From a virus (lineage: Duplodnaviria > Heunggongvirae > Uroviricota > Caudoviricetes), in the IMG/VR virus record IMGVR_UViG_3300028888_000043, positions 9,756 to 73,755 of that record: DNA of 64,000 nucleotides; one strand, written 5' to 3'. The position numbers and the translations under genes were made by a program. Below the pieces are notes generated by a model, which was not told the origin of the DNA, did no database searches, and saw nothing but the letters and a program-made list of their open reading frames with translations. This document shows, one piece after another, positions 56,378 to 63,759 of this stretch. Position 1 is the stretch's first letter. Every line of letters begins with the position of its first letter.

Positions 56378-56628
56378 GTGTTTGGGTTGACATGCACAAG
56401 AGAAGCAATGGAGCGGCAGTCCGGAGAGAAGACTCAGACTGGTGGATAGGAATTCCTGGAATCAGAGTCATTGATCATGGAGAATGGGCAGATTTAGAGT
56501 TGTCATATCAAGGAAAGACACTGAACTTCTATGAGGTGATTGAGATTGCTGAAAGATGGTACAAGGAGACATATAATGTAGAAACAGTTCCTTTGTCCAG
56601 TTTAGTGAAATTCATCAGGCTGGAGTAG
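56374..56628 (+). CDS. MSIW-leader family member 10 (84 aa)
   Basis: MSVWVDMHKRSNGAAVRRED. Confidence 0.55.
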   Translation: MSVWVDMHKRSNGAAVRREDSDWWIGIPGIRVIDHGEWADLELSYQGKTLNFYEVIEIAERWYKETYNVETVPLSSLVKFIRLE

Positions 56629-56653
56629 AAAAGAATAAAAGCATTATTTAGAG

Positions 56654-57001
56654 ATGGAAAATTATATTGAACAATTGAAGGATATCATCCTGGAGAACAA
56701 CTACTTTGATACCCTTGCCGGTGAACGGTTCAGGGAGTGGAATGGTATCCGCAACATCAAGGCCGTCATCGCATTCGCCGGCAGATCCAAGAAGCAGCAG
56801 AGTTACCGGTTGACATCCGGGTCAGAGAGCGATACCATCTATGTGACTCATCTGTACATTGATATGTTTGGTGAGGTGAAGGCCCAACTCGGGTCAGAGG
56901 ACAATGATGACTTCACATCCATCCTCCATCCCAGTGATGAACCTGTTGATGCATATGGTGAGGAGATACTCCAAGAGTGGGTTGACCTGTTGACATATTA
57001 A
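56654..57001 (+). CDS. hypothetical protein (115 aa)
   Basis: ORF. Confidence 0.45.
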   Translation: MENYIEQLKDIILENNYFDTLAGERFREWNGIRNIKAVIAFAGRSKKQQSYRLTSGSESDTIYVTHLYIDMFGEVKAQLGSEDNDDFTSILHPSDEPVDAYGEEILQEWVDLLTY

Positions 57002-57013
57002 TCTGACATTGCA

Positions 57014-57190
57014 ATGAGTATCTGGAGAGACATTCACCGGCGGAGCAACGGTCTCCAGGTGAGGCAGGAAGACACTGTTCAGGATGACTTGGATTATATC
57101 CAGGAGAAGTTTGTGAAGATCCTCAAGATACCAAGAGGATGGATGAATCCTTTATCTAATATTGACATTCAAAAAGATCTCAAGATATGA
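57014..57190 (+). CDS. MSIW-leader family member 11 (58 aa)
   Basis: MSIWRDIHRRSNGLQVRQED; below ORF-track cutoff. Confidence 0.45.
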   Translation: MSIWRDIHRRSNGLQVRQEDTVQDDLDYIQEKFVKILKIPRGWMNPLSNIDIQKDLKI

Positions 57191-57396
57191 GTGTTTGGAG
57201 AAAGATGCATGAACATTCCCTTGGTGAACCGAGGAAAGAGGATACCATACAACCAGTAACCTGGAAAGCATATATACAGATGGCCGGGCAAATGAAAGAA
57301 CTCAAAATGAGAATCCAAGTCTTGGATAAGGAAATGAAGAAACTTGCGAAATTAAATAATAAATTGTATCATGAGTGTTTGGACAGATCTACATAA
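57187..57396 (+). CDS. MSIW-leader family member 12 (69 aa, degenerate leader)
   Basis: MSVWRKMHEHSLGEPRKED. Confidence 0.45.
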   Translation: MSVWRKMHEHSLGEPRKEDTIQPVTWKAYIQMAGQMKELKMRIQVLDKEMKKLAKLNNKLYHECLDRST

Positions 57397-57832
57397 AAAG
57401 AGTAATGGGATTACAGTGTCCCAGGAAGACTTCCATCTTATATACGGTGAAAGGGATGATGTAGACACCCTCTGTGAAGAGAATTACAAGGATGGGACAT
57501 ACGAGGTGAAGACCAATGGGATGTACCCCTTCCTGGAGATCATCTTCAACAGGGGACTCTCCATCTTCTCCGGAAAGGATGTGGTCAGACTGAAGTCTGA
57601 CTCCGGAGAGTATTATGACCTGGGAAGATATTACGGTGATGGACATACTGTCTTCAACTATTGGTTCAACAAGCCGGAGGATTATATTGGGACAGGATCT
57701 GACCCGGAAACGATGATTGTGAAACCTCACCCTGGTCACAAGTATACACTGGATGAACTGAAGCAGATTGCCGAGATGTTCATTGACCTGATTCACCAAT
57801 GTGAGAGTGAACTGACCAATCATATGGAGTAG
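57371..57832 (+). CDS. MSIW-leader family member 13 (153 aa)
   Basis: MSVWTDLHKKSNGITVSQED. Confidence 0.55.
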   Translation: MSVWTDLHKKSNGITVSQEDFHLIYGERDDVDTLCEENYKDGTYEVKTNGMYPFLEIIFNRGLSIFSGKDVVRLKSDSGEYYDLGRYYGDGHTVFNYWFNKPEDYIGTGSDPETMIVKPHPGHKYTLDELKQIAEMFIDLIHQCESELTNHME

Positions 57833-57840
57833 TGAATTCC

Positions 57841-57900
57841 TGCGACGGCGACCTGCGATTGACTGAAATCCGGGCGAACTGCAATTTTTTTTGAAAAAAA
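57841..57900 (+). terminator. TGCGA element plus GACTGAAATCC plus T8 (hairpin degenerate)
   Basis: CTGCGACGGCGACCTGCGATTGACTGAAATCC...AATTTTTTTTG. Confidence 0.35.
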
Positions 57901-57904
57901 TTCA

Positions 57905-57948
57905 AAAAAATTTGGTAAATCAAAAAAATTGTTGTACCTTTGTAGTGG
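57905..57948 (+). promoter_or_regulatory. class-A consensus promoter (variant -7 TACCTTTG)
   Basis: AAAAAAATTTGG...TTGTACCTTTGTAGTGG. Confidence 0.5.
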
Positions 57949-58001
57949 GGAAAGGAAAGAATCCCAAACAGAAAGTTTAACAACAGAAAACACAGAATAC
58001 C

Positions 58002-58568
58002 ATGAAAGCAGTCAAACTCAGCAAGATTAATTGGAATCTTGATAGCGTTAAGAAAGAAGACAGAGAGAAAGTCCTTGCCACCCTCCCCAAGTTCAAGGGA
58101 TTTATGGCAGCAGATGACTTCAATGTGATAGAGAAAGTTCCGGCTCTCCTTGAAAAGAAATACGGATACAGTGTCTTCACCTATTCCTATGTGGAACTCC
58201 GGGTAGTCGACAATGTTGAGGATCTTCTCCTCCTCTGCAACCCCAAGGGTGAGAAACCCAAGAAACTCTTCCTCAAGAATGGAGAACTCTCCGCCTATGG
58301 TGAAGAGATGGTGAAATCCCTTGAATCCAACATCAAGCAGAGACTCCGCCTTGAATTCAGAGGAACTCCTGTGGAGAGCATGCCCACCCTCCTGGATGAG
58401 ATCCAGATTGGTGTAGAGAAGATCACAGGTATGAACTGGGAGAAGCACACCGTTGAGGAGTTGATGTCCCCCATTATGAACAAGATTCGCTTTGCCAAGG
58501 CCGCCAACCTGGTTGACAAGTATGGTGAAGACATCTCCGATGAGGAGGAGTATGGGGACGAGGACTAA
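58002..58568 (+). CDS. hypothetical protein with acidic C-terminal tail (DEEEYGDED), C-biased codons
   Basis: ORF after promoter; antisense ORF 57780-58670 rejected. Confidence 0.5.
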   Translation: MKAVKLSKINWNLDSVKKEDREKVLATLPKFKGFMAADDFNVIEKVPALLEKKYGYSVFTYSYVELRVVDNVEDLLLLCNPKGEKPKKLFLKNGELSAYGEEMVKSLESNIKQRLRLEFRGTPVESMPTLLDEIQIGVEKITGMNWEKHTVEELMSPIMNKIRFAKAANLVDKYGEDISDEEEYGDED

Positions 58569-58604
58569 ATCGCAAACCGCAACCGCAAAAAAAAAATCTG
58601 AAAT

Positions 58605-59225
58605 ATGCCGACTGGTTACACAAGTTTTATTGAAGACGGAAAGGTGAAAGATGCAAAGCAGTTCCTTCACCTCTGTCTGAGAGCATTCGGAATCCTTGCC
58701 TTTATGAGGGATTCAAGTCTGGAAATCAAGGATGATTATACAGATGACATCATCAAGGACTATGAGAATGAAAAGCAGTATCATCAGAAGAGTCTGAAAC
58801 AGGCACTGACAGATCTTTCCAAGGTGCATAACCTGACAGATGATGAACTCTATGAGATGTTCATCAAGGAGGAGAATTATGATGCAGACTACTATGCAAA
58901 CCAATTACAGCATAATGAACTCTATGACAAGATCGCCGGTGAAATCCGCAACTGGGACTGTGACTCTGAACTGGAAGGTCTGAAGAACTTTGCCCTGGAG
59001 CAGATAGAAATCTCCAGGTATAAACCCGACACATCAGGACAACTCCACACATCCAAGAAGGAATTCCTGAAAAAGAAGAAGGATGAGTACAGAAAGCGGG
59101 TCATCGAACATGCACAGTGGGAGGTGGATTATCACACCGAGGAGTTGGAGAAGGTGGAGAACCGCTATGCGGATCGCATCGCCTACTATAACAAGGTAAA
59201 AGAAGAACTTAAAAAACTGGATTAA
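58605..59225 (+). CDS. hypothetical protein (206 aa)
   Basis: ORF. Confidence 0.45.
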   Translation: MPTGYTSFIEDGKVKDAKQFLHLCLRAFGILAFMRDSSLEIKDDYTDDIIKDYENEKQYHQKSLKQALTDLSKVHNLTDDELYEMFIKEENYDADYYANQLQHNELYDKIAGEIRNWDCDSELEGLKNFALEQIEISRYKPDTSGQLHTSKKEFLKKKKDEYRKRVIEHAQWEVDYHTEELEKVENRYADRIAYYNKVKEELKKLD

Positions 59226-59226
59226 T

Positions 59227-59727
59227 ATGAAAGAGTACAATGAGGTATACGGTTATCTGCCGGAATCGGTGATCAATCATCTATCAGAGGATGACAAGCG
59301 TCTGGCATTCCTGTCCTGGCTTACCAAGAAACCGTCAGCTGCCGGAATGTTCATCGCCCAGGTCACCATCAAGGCGCTCGGCCCGGAGTTCATCGAATTC
59401 CTGACACTCCAGGTGGCGCAGGCCAATGAGGACAATGATGTCCCCCTCACCAGGGAACTGCTGATCAGCGAGGTCAAATGTCTGCTGGAAGAGTTCGCCA
59501 CTGACTCCAACATCCTGTGCAGTTATGTCGCTGACTTCCTGGAAGAGCATGAGTCTGATCAGGCAACCATCTCCCGTGTGAAGGAGGAGATGTCTCTCCG
59601 GAACTGGAAGCAGAACCCAGGAATCATGGAACAGTTCAAGAAGACACTGGTCAATGAGAAGACATCTGTACAGAACAAACCTATCAGAGATCCAAAGACC
59701 GGTCGGTTCATCAAAAAGAACAAGTGA
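59227..59727 (+). CDS. hypothetical protein (166 aa)
   Basis: ORF. Confidence 0.45.
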   Translation: MKEYNEVYGYLPESVINHLSEDDKRLAFLSWLTKKPSAAGMFIAQVTIKALGPEFIEFLTLQVAQANEDNDVPLTRELLISEVKCLLEEFATDSNILCSYVADFLEEHESDQATISRVKEEMSLRNWKQNPGIMEQFKKTLVNEKTSVQNKPIRDPKTGRFIKKNK

Positions 59728-59753
59728 TGACCTGAAATCTGCTGACAATGAAT

Positions 59754-59794
59754 GAATTCCCTGGAGAAACCCAGGGAATTTTGTTATATTTAAA
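59754..59794 (+). terminator. Rho-independent terminator plus class-B element
   Basis: AATTCCCTGG-agaaa-CCAGGGAATT then TTTGTTATATTTAAA. Confidence 0.7.
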
Positions 59795-59879
59795 TAGAAG
59801 GCGATTATGGTCATACCCATAAATAATATATAGGCAAATCTGCATTTGCCTGAAATATAATGAAACACACATAACGACT

Positions 59880-60677
59880 ATGATGACGCTGGAACAAGCT
59901 ATTAACAGGTTGGAAGACATGGTTTCAGGATGCTATCAGCAGCAGTTCCCGAAATCAGAGTTGAGATCCAACACCAAGGAGGCTGTTGACTTGATAAGGT
60001 TCAACTTCAACACCATCCTTAAGATACGAAACGAAGATGTCCGTGCCGCGGCATTCGACACCATCCTCCACACTGTCCTGGATGATACTCCTCTACCAAA
60101 ATCCTGGCAGAAGAAGGGAATGAAGACTTATCTGGATTTGTGTAAGATGAAGGCGAGGGATCAGAGAATCATGCAATTCCCTGATGTTGCAGAGGAGTGC
60201 CTCGATACATGCAATGTCATTCTCCAGAGACTGGGAGAAGACGGGTCAGATGTGGACATAGAGGATCAAGCATTGCGTGAACTCAACAGGAGATACCATC
60301 ATAAGTATTTCTACTTCAGGAACAATGACATCGGATCGCAGTTCGTGTGGATAAAGGCCATCAAGAAAGATGAAATGTCCCACTTCATTGTTGATGGAAC
60401 AGTCATCTTCACCAATGGCGTGAACAACACTATCGGTCTGTATGAAGTGAAGGATTACCCAATAGAGAACTTCTACAACTTCGGTGACCAGGAAAACAGA
60501 TTCACCGAGTGTGAAGACCTTGAAAAGGCATTGATGCAACCGATGGATACCAGACTCAAGAGTCATGTGGTGAACAGCAGGGAGGTGGCGGAAGACATCC
60601 TGTTCACCTTCACCTGGTTCTATGAGATTCACATCCCAGACCTGGCAAAGATTCTCAAAACCCTGAAATTTGATTAA
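59880..60677 (+). CDS. hypothetical protein (265 aa)
   Basis: ORF. Confidence 0.5.
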   Translation: MMTLEQAINRLEDMVSGCYQQQFPKSELRSNTKEAVDLIRFNFNTILKIRNEDVRAAAFDTILHTVLDDTPLPKSWQKKGMKTYLDLCKMKARDQRIMQFPDVAEECLDTCNVILQRLGEDGSDVDIEDQALRELNRRYHHKYFYFRNNDIGSQFVWIKAIKKDEMSHFIVDGTVIFTNGVNNTIGLYEVKDYPIENFYNFGDQENRFTECEDLEKALMQPMDTRLKSHVVNSREVAEDILFTFTWFYEIHIPDLAKILKTLKFD

Positions 60678-60691
60678 CACTTTAAATTTAA

Positions 60692-61504
60692 ATGATCACA
60701 GACATCAAATACCTGATAATCCCGGATGTGCATGGCCGGGATTTTTGGATGAACCCAGTGGAGGAGACTCTCCTGCGGACGACAGCAAAGATCATCTTCT
60801 TGGGAGACTTCCTCGACCCCTATCCAACCGAGTGGGAATCTGATACTGTATCCAGAAGAGATGCTCTTCAACTGTGCAGATCTGTAGCCCTGGAGCGGTT
60901 CAAGCAGATCCTTGAGCTCAAGAAGCAGTATCCTGGAAGAGTGACTCTCCTCCTGGGAAACCATGACTGTGGATATGCCATCGGATCTGACATCTGTGAT
61001 TGCAGAACCGACCATAAGAACTACAATGAGATAGAGTCACTCTTCCAGGATAACAGGGAACTGTTCCAGATTGCAGAGGAGTGCCATCTGGGTGGCAGAC
61101 ATTTCATCTTCAGTCATGCAGGAATCCTGAAAGGCTGGGTGGATCAGATCTATGACATCAGGGACATACAAAGCAACCCGATGAAGTACAACCCGGTGAA
61201 CTACCTCAACAATGCATGGCTGACAGAAGACTTCAGAGTCCTGAACTTCCTTGGTGATTATGACAGATACCGCGGCTACCTCGGATACAAGTACGGGTCA
61301 CCAGTGTGGTCTGACCTCATGTCCTGGCAGAGTGTGACAGAGGAGGAGACATTCAGCTTCAACATCTGTGGCCACACCCAGGTGAAGCAACCAGTGGTCC
61401 TGGACCAGATCTGCTGTCTGGACTGTAGGAAAGCTTTCTACCTTGACAAGGATGGAATCATCCGGTACTATGACTCCGGTGATGAGGTGAAGAATCCTCA
61501 ATGA
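60692..61504 (+). CDS. calcineurin-like metallophosphoesterase (lambda-PPase / Pnkp-phosphatase-like)
   Basis: IPDVHG, LGDFLDP, LLGNHD, FSHAG, CGHT motifs in canonical order. Confidence 0.7.
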   Translation: MITDIKYLIIPDVHGRDFWMNPVEETLLRTTAKIIFLGDFLDPYPTEWESDTVSRRDALQLCRSVALERFKQILELKKQYPGRVTLLLGNHDCGYAIGSDICDCRTDHKNYNEIESLFQDNRELFQIAEECHLGGRHFIFSHAGILKGWVDQIYDIRDIQSNPMKYNPVNYLNNAWLTEDFRVLNFLGDYDRYRGYLGYKYGSPVWSDLMSWQSVTEEETFSFNICGHTQVKQPVVLDQICCLDCRKAFYLDKDGIIRYYDSGDEVKNPQ

Positions 61505-61515
61505 CCTACAATTTT

Positions 61516-61568
61516 CTGCGATTGCGACTTGCGAATGATGGATTATCGTCCATCATTTTTTTTGTAAA
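61516..61568 (+). terminator. TGCGA repeat (CTGCGATTGCGACTTGCGAA) plus hairpin plus T8 plus GTAAAAAGGTG
   Basis: AATGATGGA-ttatcg-TCCATCATT then T8. Confidence 0.7.
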
Positions 61569-61576
61569 AAGGTGTA

Positions 61577-61620
61577 GAAATATTTGGTGGATTCAAAAAA
61601 AAGTTGTATCTTTGTAATAG
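61577..61620 (+). promoter_or_regulatory. class-A consensus promoter
   Basis: GAAATATTTGG...TTGTATCTTTGTAATAG. Confidence 0.55.
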
Positions 61621-61662
61621 GAAAAGAGAACAACGGATTTTTAACGATAAACTATAACAGCA

Positions 61663-61863
61663 ATGAAAAAGAAAGAACTTGACAGCTGGTTCAACAGTCT
61701 GGACACCTTTGAGCTGGGACTGATGTTTCCCGGTGAATATGAGGAAACCCTGGAATCCGCCGAACCCGGAGTAAACATCAACACCTTTGTCAGGGAAGTG
61801 AAGGCGATGTGGAAGAATCTCTCCCTGGAAGAGAAAGTGGAACTCTATGAGCAGTACAAGTAA
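61663..61863 (+). CDS. hypothetical protein (66 aa), MKKKELDSWFN family, copy 1
   Basis: first 33 nt identical to next gene. Confidence 0.45.
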   Translation: MKKKELDSWFNSLDTFELGLMFPGEYEETLESAEPGVNINTFVREVKAMWKNLSLEEKVELYEQYK

Positions 61864-61864
61864 T

Positions 61865-62050
61865 ATGAAAAAGAAAGAACTTGACAGCTGGTTCAATCTG
61901 GACCCAGATGGCAAGTACATCCACTATCAGACCTGGAATCAGGAGCACCCTGTGGCGCTCCGTTTCGGGTTTACTGAAATCGCTATGACCAAGGAGAACC
62001 TTGAAGAACTCAAGAAAGAAATCAATGAAGCACTTAAACACATCAAGTAA
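61865..62050 (+). CDS. hypothetical protein (61 aa), MKKKELDSWFN family, copy 2
   Basis: tandem paralog; start trimmed to ATG after upstream stop. Confidence 0.45.
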   Translation: MKKKELDSWFNLDPDGKYIHYQTWNQEHPVALRFGFTEIAMTKENLEELKKEINEALKHIK

Positions 62051-62051
62051 T

Positions 62052-62504
62052 ATGAAAAGACTCACCATCATTGCGGTCATCGTCATCGCAGTAATGTCCA
62101 TCCCCTATTGGGTGATGAGACCGACCATCAAGAGAATCAACATCCACCAGCAGACCAAGACAGAGTGCATGAAGTATCAGATGCAATACTCTGCGCTGTC
62201 CCCGACCAAGGCATATGATCAGGAGAACTATCTCCAGCAGTCATATGAAATCTACTGCGGGCTGTGTGACATCCTGATGAGAATCAAGTCAGATGATGAA
62301 TCTGTCTATCTCAAGGAATCCATCAGGTATTCCCTGGATGAGATCTTCCAGGACCAGGTGGCATCCATCAAATCATTAGATGACATCCTGTTGCAATCCA
62401 AGTACATCAGAGATATCCTGTCCAAGGAGATGGAACTCCTCCATCAGGTTGGTGACCAGTATGAGGAGATGGCGATGGATGAATTGAGGAGGATGAACAT
62501 ATGA
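62052..62504 (+). CDS. membrane-anchored protein (150 aa)
   Basis: N-terminal TM LTIIAVIVIAVMSIPYWV. Confidence 0.45.
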   Translation: MKRLTIIAVIVIAVMSIPYWVMRPTIKRINIHQQTKTECMKYQMQYSALSPTKAYDQENYLQQSYEIYCGLCDILMRIKSDDESVYLKESIRYSLDEIFQDQVASIKSLDDILLQSKYIRDILSKEMELLHQVGDQYEEMAMDELRRMNI

Positions 62505-63010
62505 ACCAGCAGAATCAGTTAAAGGAACACAACCGGTGGTGGGACTTCTCCACTCCAGTGTGGGTGGGAATCGCCTTCATCATTTTCTGCATTGAGATGG
62601 CGATAGTCGCAATGACTACTGTGGCAAGAAACCAGGAATCCCGTATAGAACTCCGGACATCATCCCAGTTGTCATATGACCCGAATGACTACTTCCAACC
62701 GGATGGTGGAACAAAGATGGTCTACTGGAGAGTGAAGCAGTCTGAAGTCCCCAGATGGAAGAGACCGACCAACAGGTGGCACAAGCTCAAGTATGCCTAC
62801 CCCTTCAAGAGATGGAACAGACAGGATGCAATTATGAGGGATGACTACACTGTCGAGGAATACCTGGAACTCAAGAAGAATCTCCTGACAGTGGGTGATG
62901 TCAGGAGATATCAGAAGAGGCAGGAAAAGATCTACCGGAAGAACAACCAGAAGGAAATAGAGAAGGCAAAGATAAAGCATGCCAAGAAGATGTGGGATGA
63001 TGTGGGATAA
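62501..63010 (+). CDS. membrane protein (169 aa)
   Basis: TM helix VWVGIAFIIFCIEMAIVAM; basic C-terminus. Confidence 0.45.
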   Translation: MNQQNQLKEHNRWWDFSTPVWVGIAFIIFCIEMAIVAMTTVARNQESRIELRTSSQLSYDPNDYFQPDGGTKMVYWRVKQSEVPRWKRPTNRWHKLKYAYPFKRWNRQDAIMRDDYTVEEYLELKKNLLTVGDVRRYQKRQEKIYRKNNQKEIEKAKIKHAKKMWDDVG

Positions 63011-63033
63011 TGTGGAATGACATTGTGCGATTG

Positions 63034-63057
63034 CGATTTGCGAATATGAAATCCGCT
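63034..63057 (+). repeat. TGCGA tandem-repeat element (GTGCGATTGCGATTTGCGAA) plus GAAATCC
   Basis: no clear hairpin here. Confidence 0.5.
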
Positions 63058-63069
63058 GAAAAAACCTAA

Positions 63070-63113
63070 AATAAATTTGGTGGAATCAAATCTTTTTTGT
63101 ATCTTTGTAATAG
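63070..63113 (+). promoter_or_regulatory. class-A consensus promoter
   Basis: AAATTTGG...TTGTATCTTTGTAATAG. Confidence 0.55.
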
Positions 63114-63140
63114 AAAAGGAAACCAATAAAACACAGAGAT

Positions 63141-63686
63141 ATGAAAACCCAGGTCCGCAACAGTTTCATCAAGTCCCTTGCAGATGTCATTGACAAGTAT
63201 GTTTACACTTGTGACCTTTTCAATGGAGGGTGCTGCTACTCCGCCTATGTACTGGCCAAGGTTCTGAAGCAGGCCGGAATCAAATACAAGGTGAAGATGT
63301 TTCAGTACAAGGATGTCCTGAAAGTCAATGAGTTCAATACCGCCATCAACGGTAATGGTGTAGCTCATGTCGCCATCGCAGTCAGACAGGACAAGGAATG
63401 GAAAGTGTTCGGTTCCTGTGATGGTATCTACAATCACTTCGCTTTCACCGGTGAGGCATTCAAAATCAGGACATACAGCAACATCACTCCGGAGCAGCTG
63501 CTTGAAGGATATGAGAACAATGATTGGAACAGTATGTATGACACCGAGAACAACAAGAGTCTGGTAAAGGAAATCAACAAGGTGGCGTCCAAGTACATCA
63601 GCGTTGACAAGAAAGCGGTCAAGGTGGTCATCAAGCACAATGAGTTAGACATCTTCAAGCAGATTGTTAATCTCATCTTTGGATAA
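63141..63686 (+). CDS. hypothetical protein (181 aa)
   Basis: ORF after promoter. Confidence 0.5.
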   Translation: MKTQVRNSFIKSLADVIDKYVYTCDLFNGGCCYSAYVLAKVLKQAGIKYKVKMFQYKDVLKVNEFNTAINGNGVAHVAIAVRQDKEWKVFGSCDGIYNHFAFTGEAFKIRTYSNITPEQLLEGYENNDWNSMYDTENNKSLVKEINKVASKYISVDKKAVKVVIKHNELDIFKQIVNLIFG

Positions 63687-63730
63687 AAAATATTTGGATA
63701 TTCCAGAAAAAAACATTATAATTGTAATAG
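63687..63730 (+). promoter_or_regulatory. class-A consensus promoter (variant -7 TATAATTG)
   Basis: AAATATTTGGATAT...CATTATAATTGTAATAG. Confidence 0.45.
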
Positions 63731-63759
63731 AAGAAATCTGACGAAATCCGCAGTCGCAT

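Noticed and set aside
57780-58670. 296-aa minus-strand ORF
   Set aside because: Antisense shadow of 58002-58568 and flanking cassette. It spans a promoter and terminator.
29545-63057. TGCGA tandem repeats as a CRISPR array
   Set aside because: Units are 5-7 nt with no spacers, are dispersed at cassette boundaries, and are always followed by a terminator. They are not a CRISPR array.
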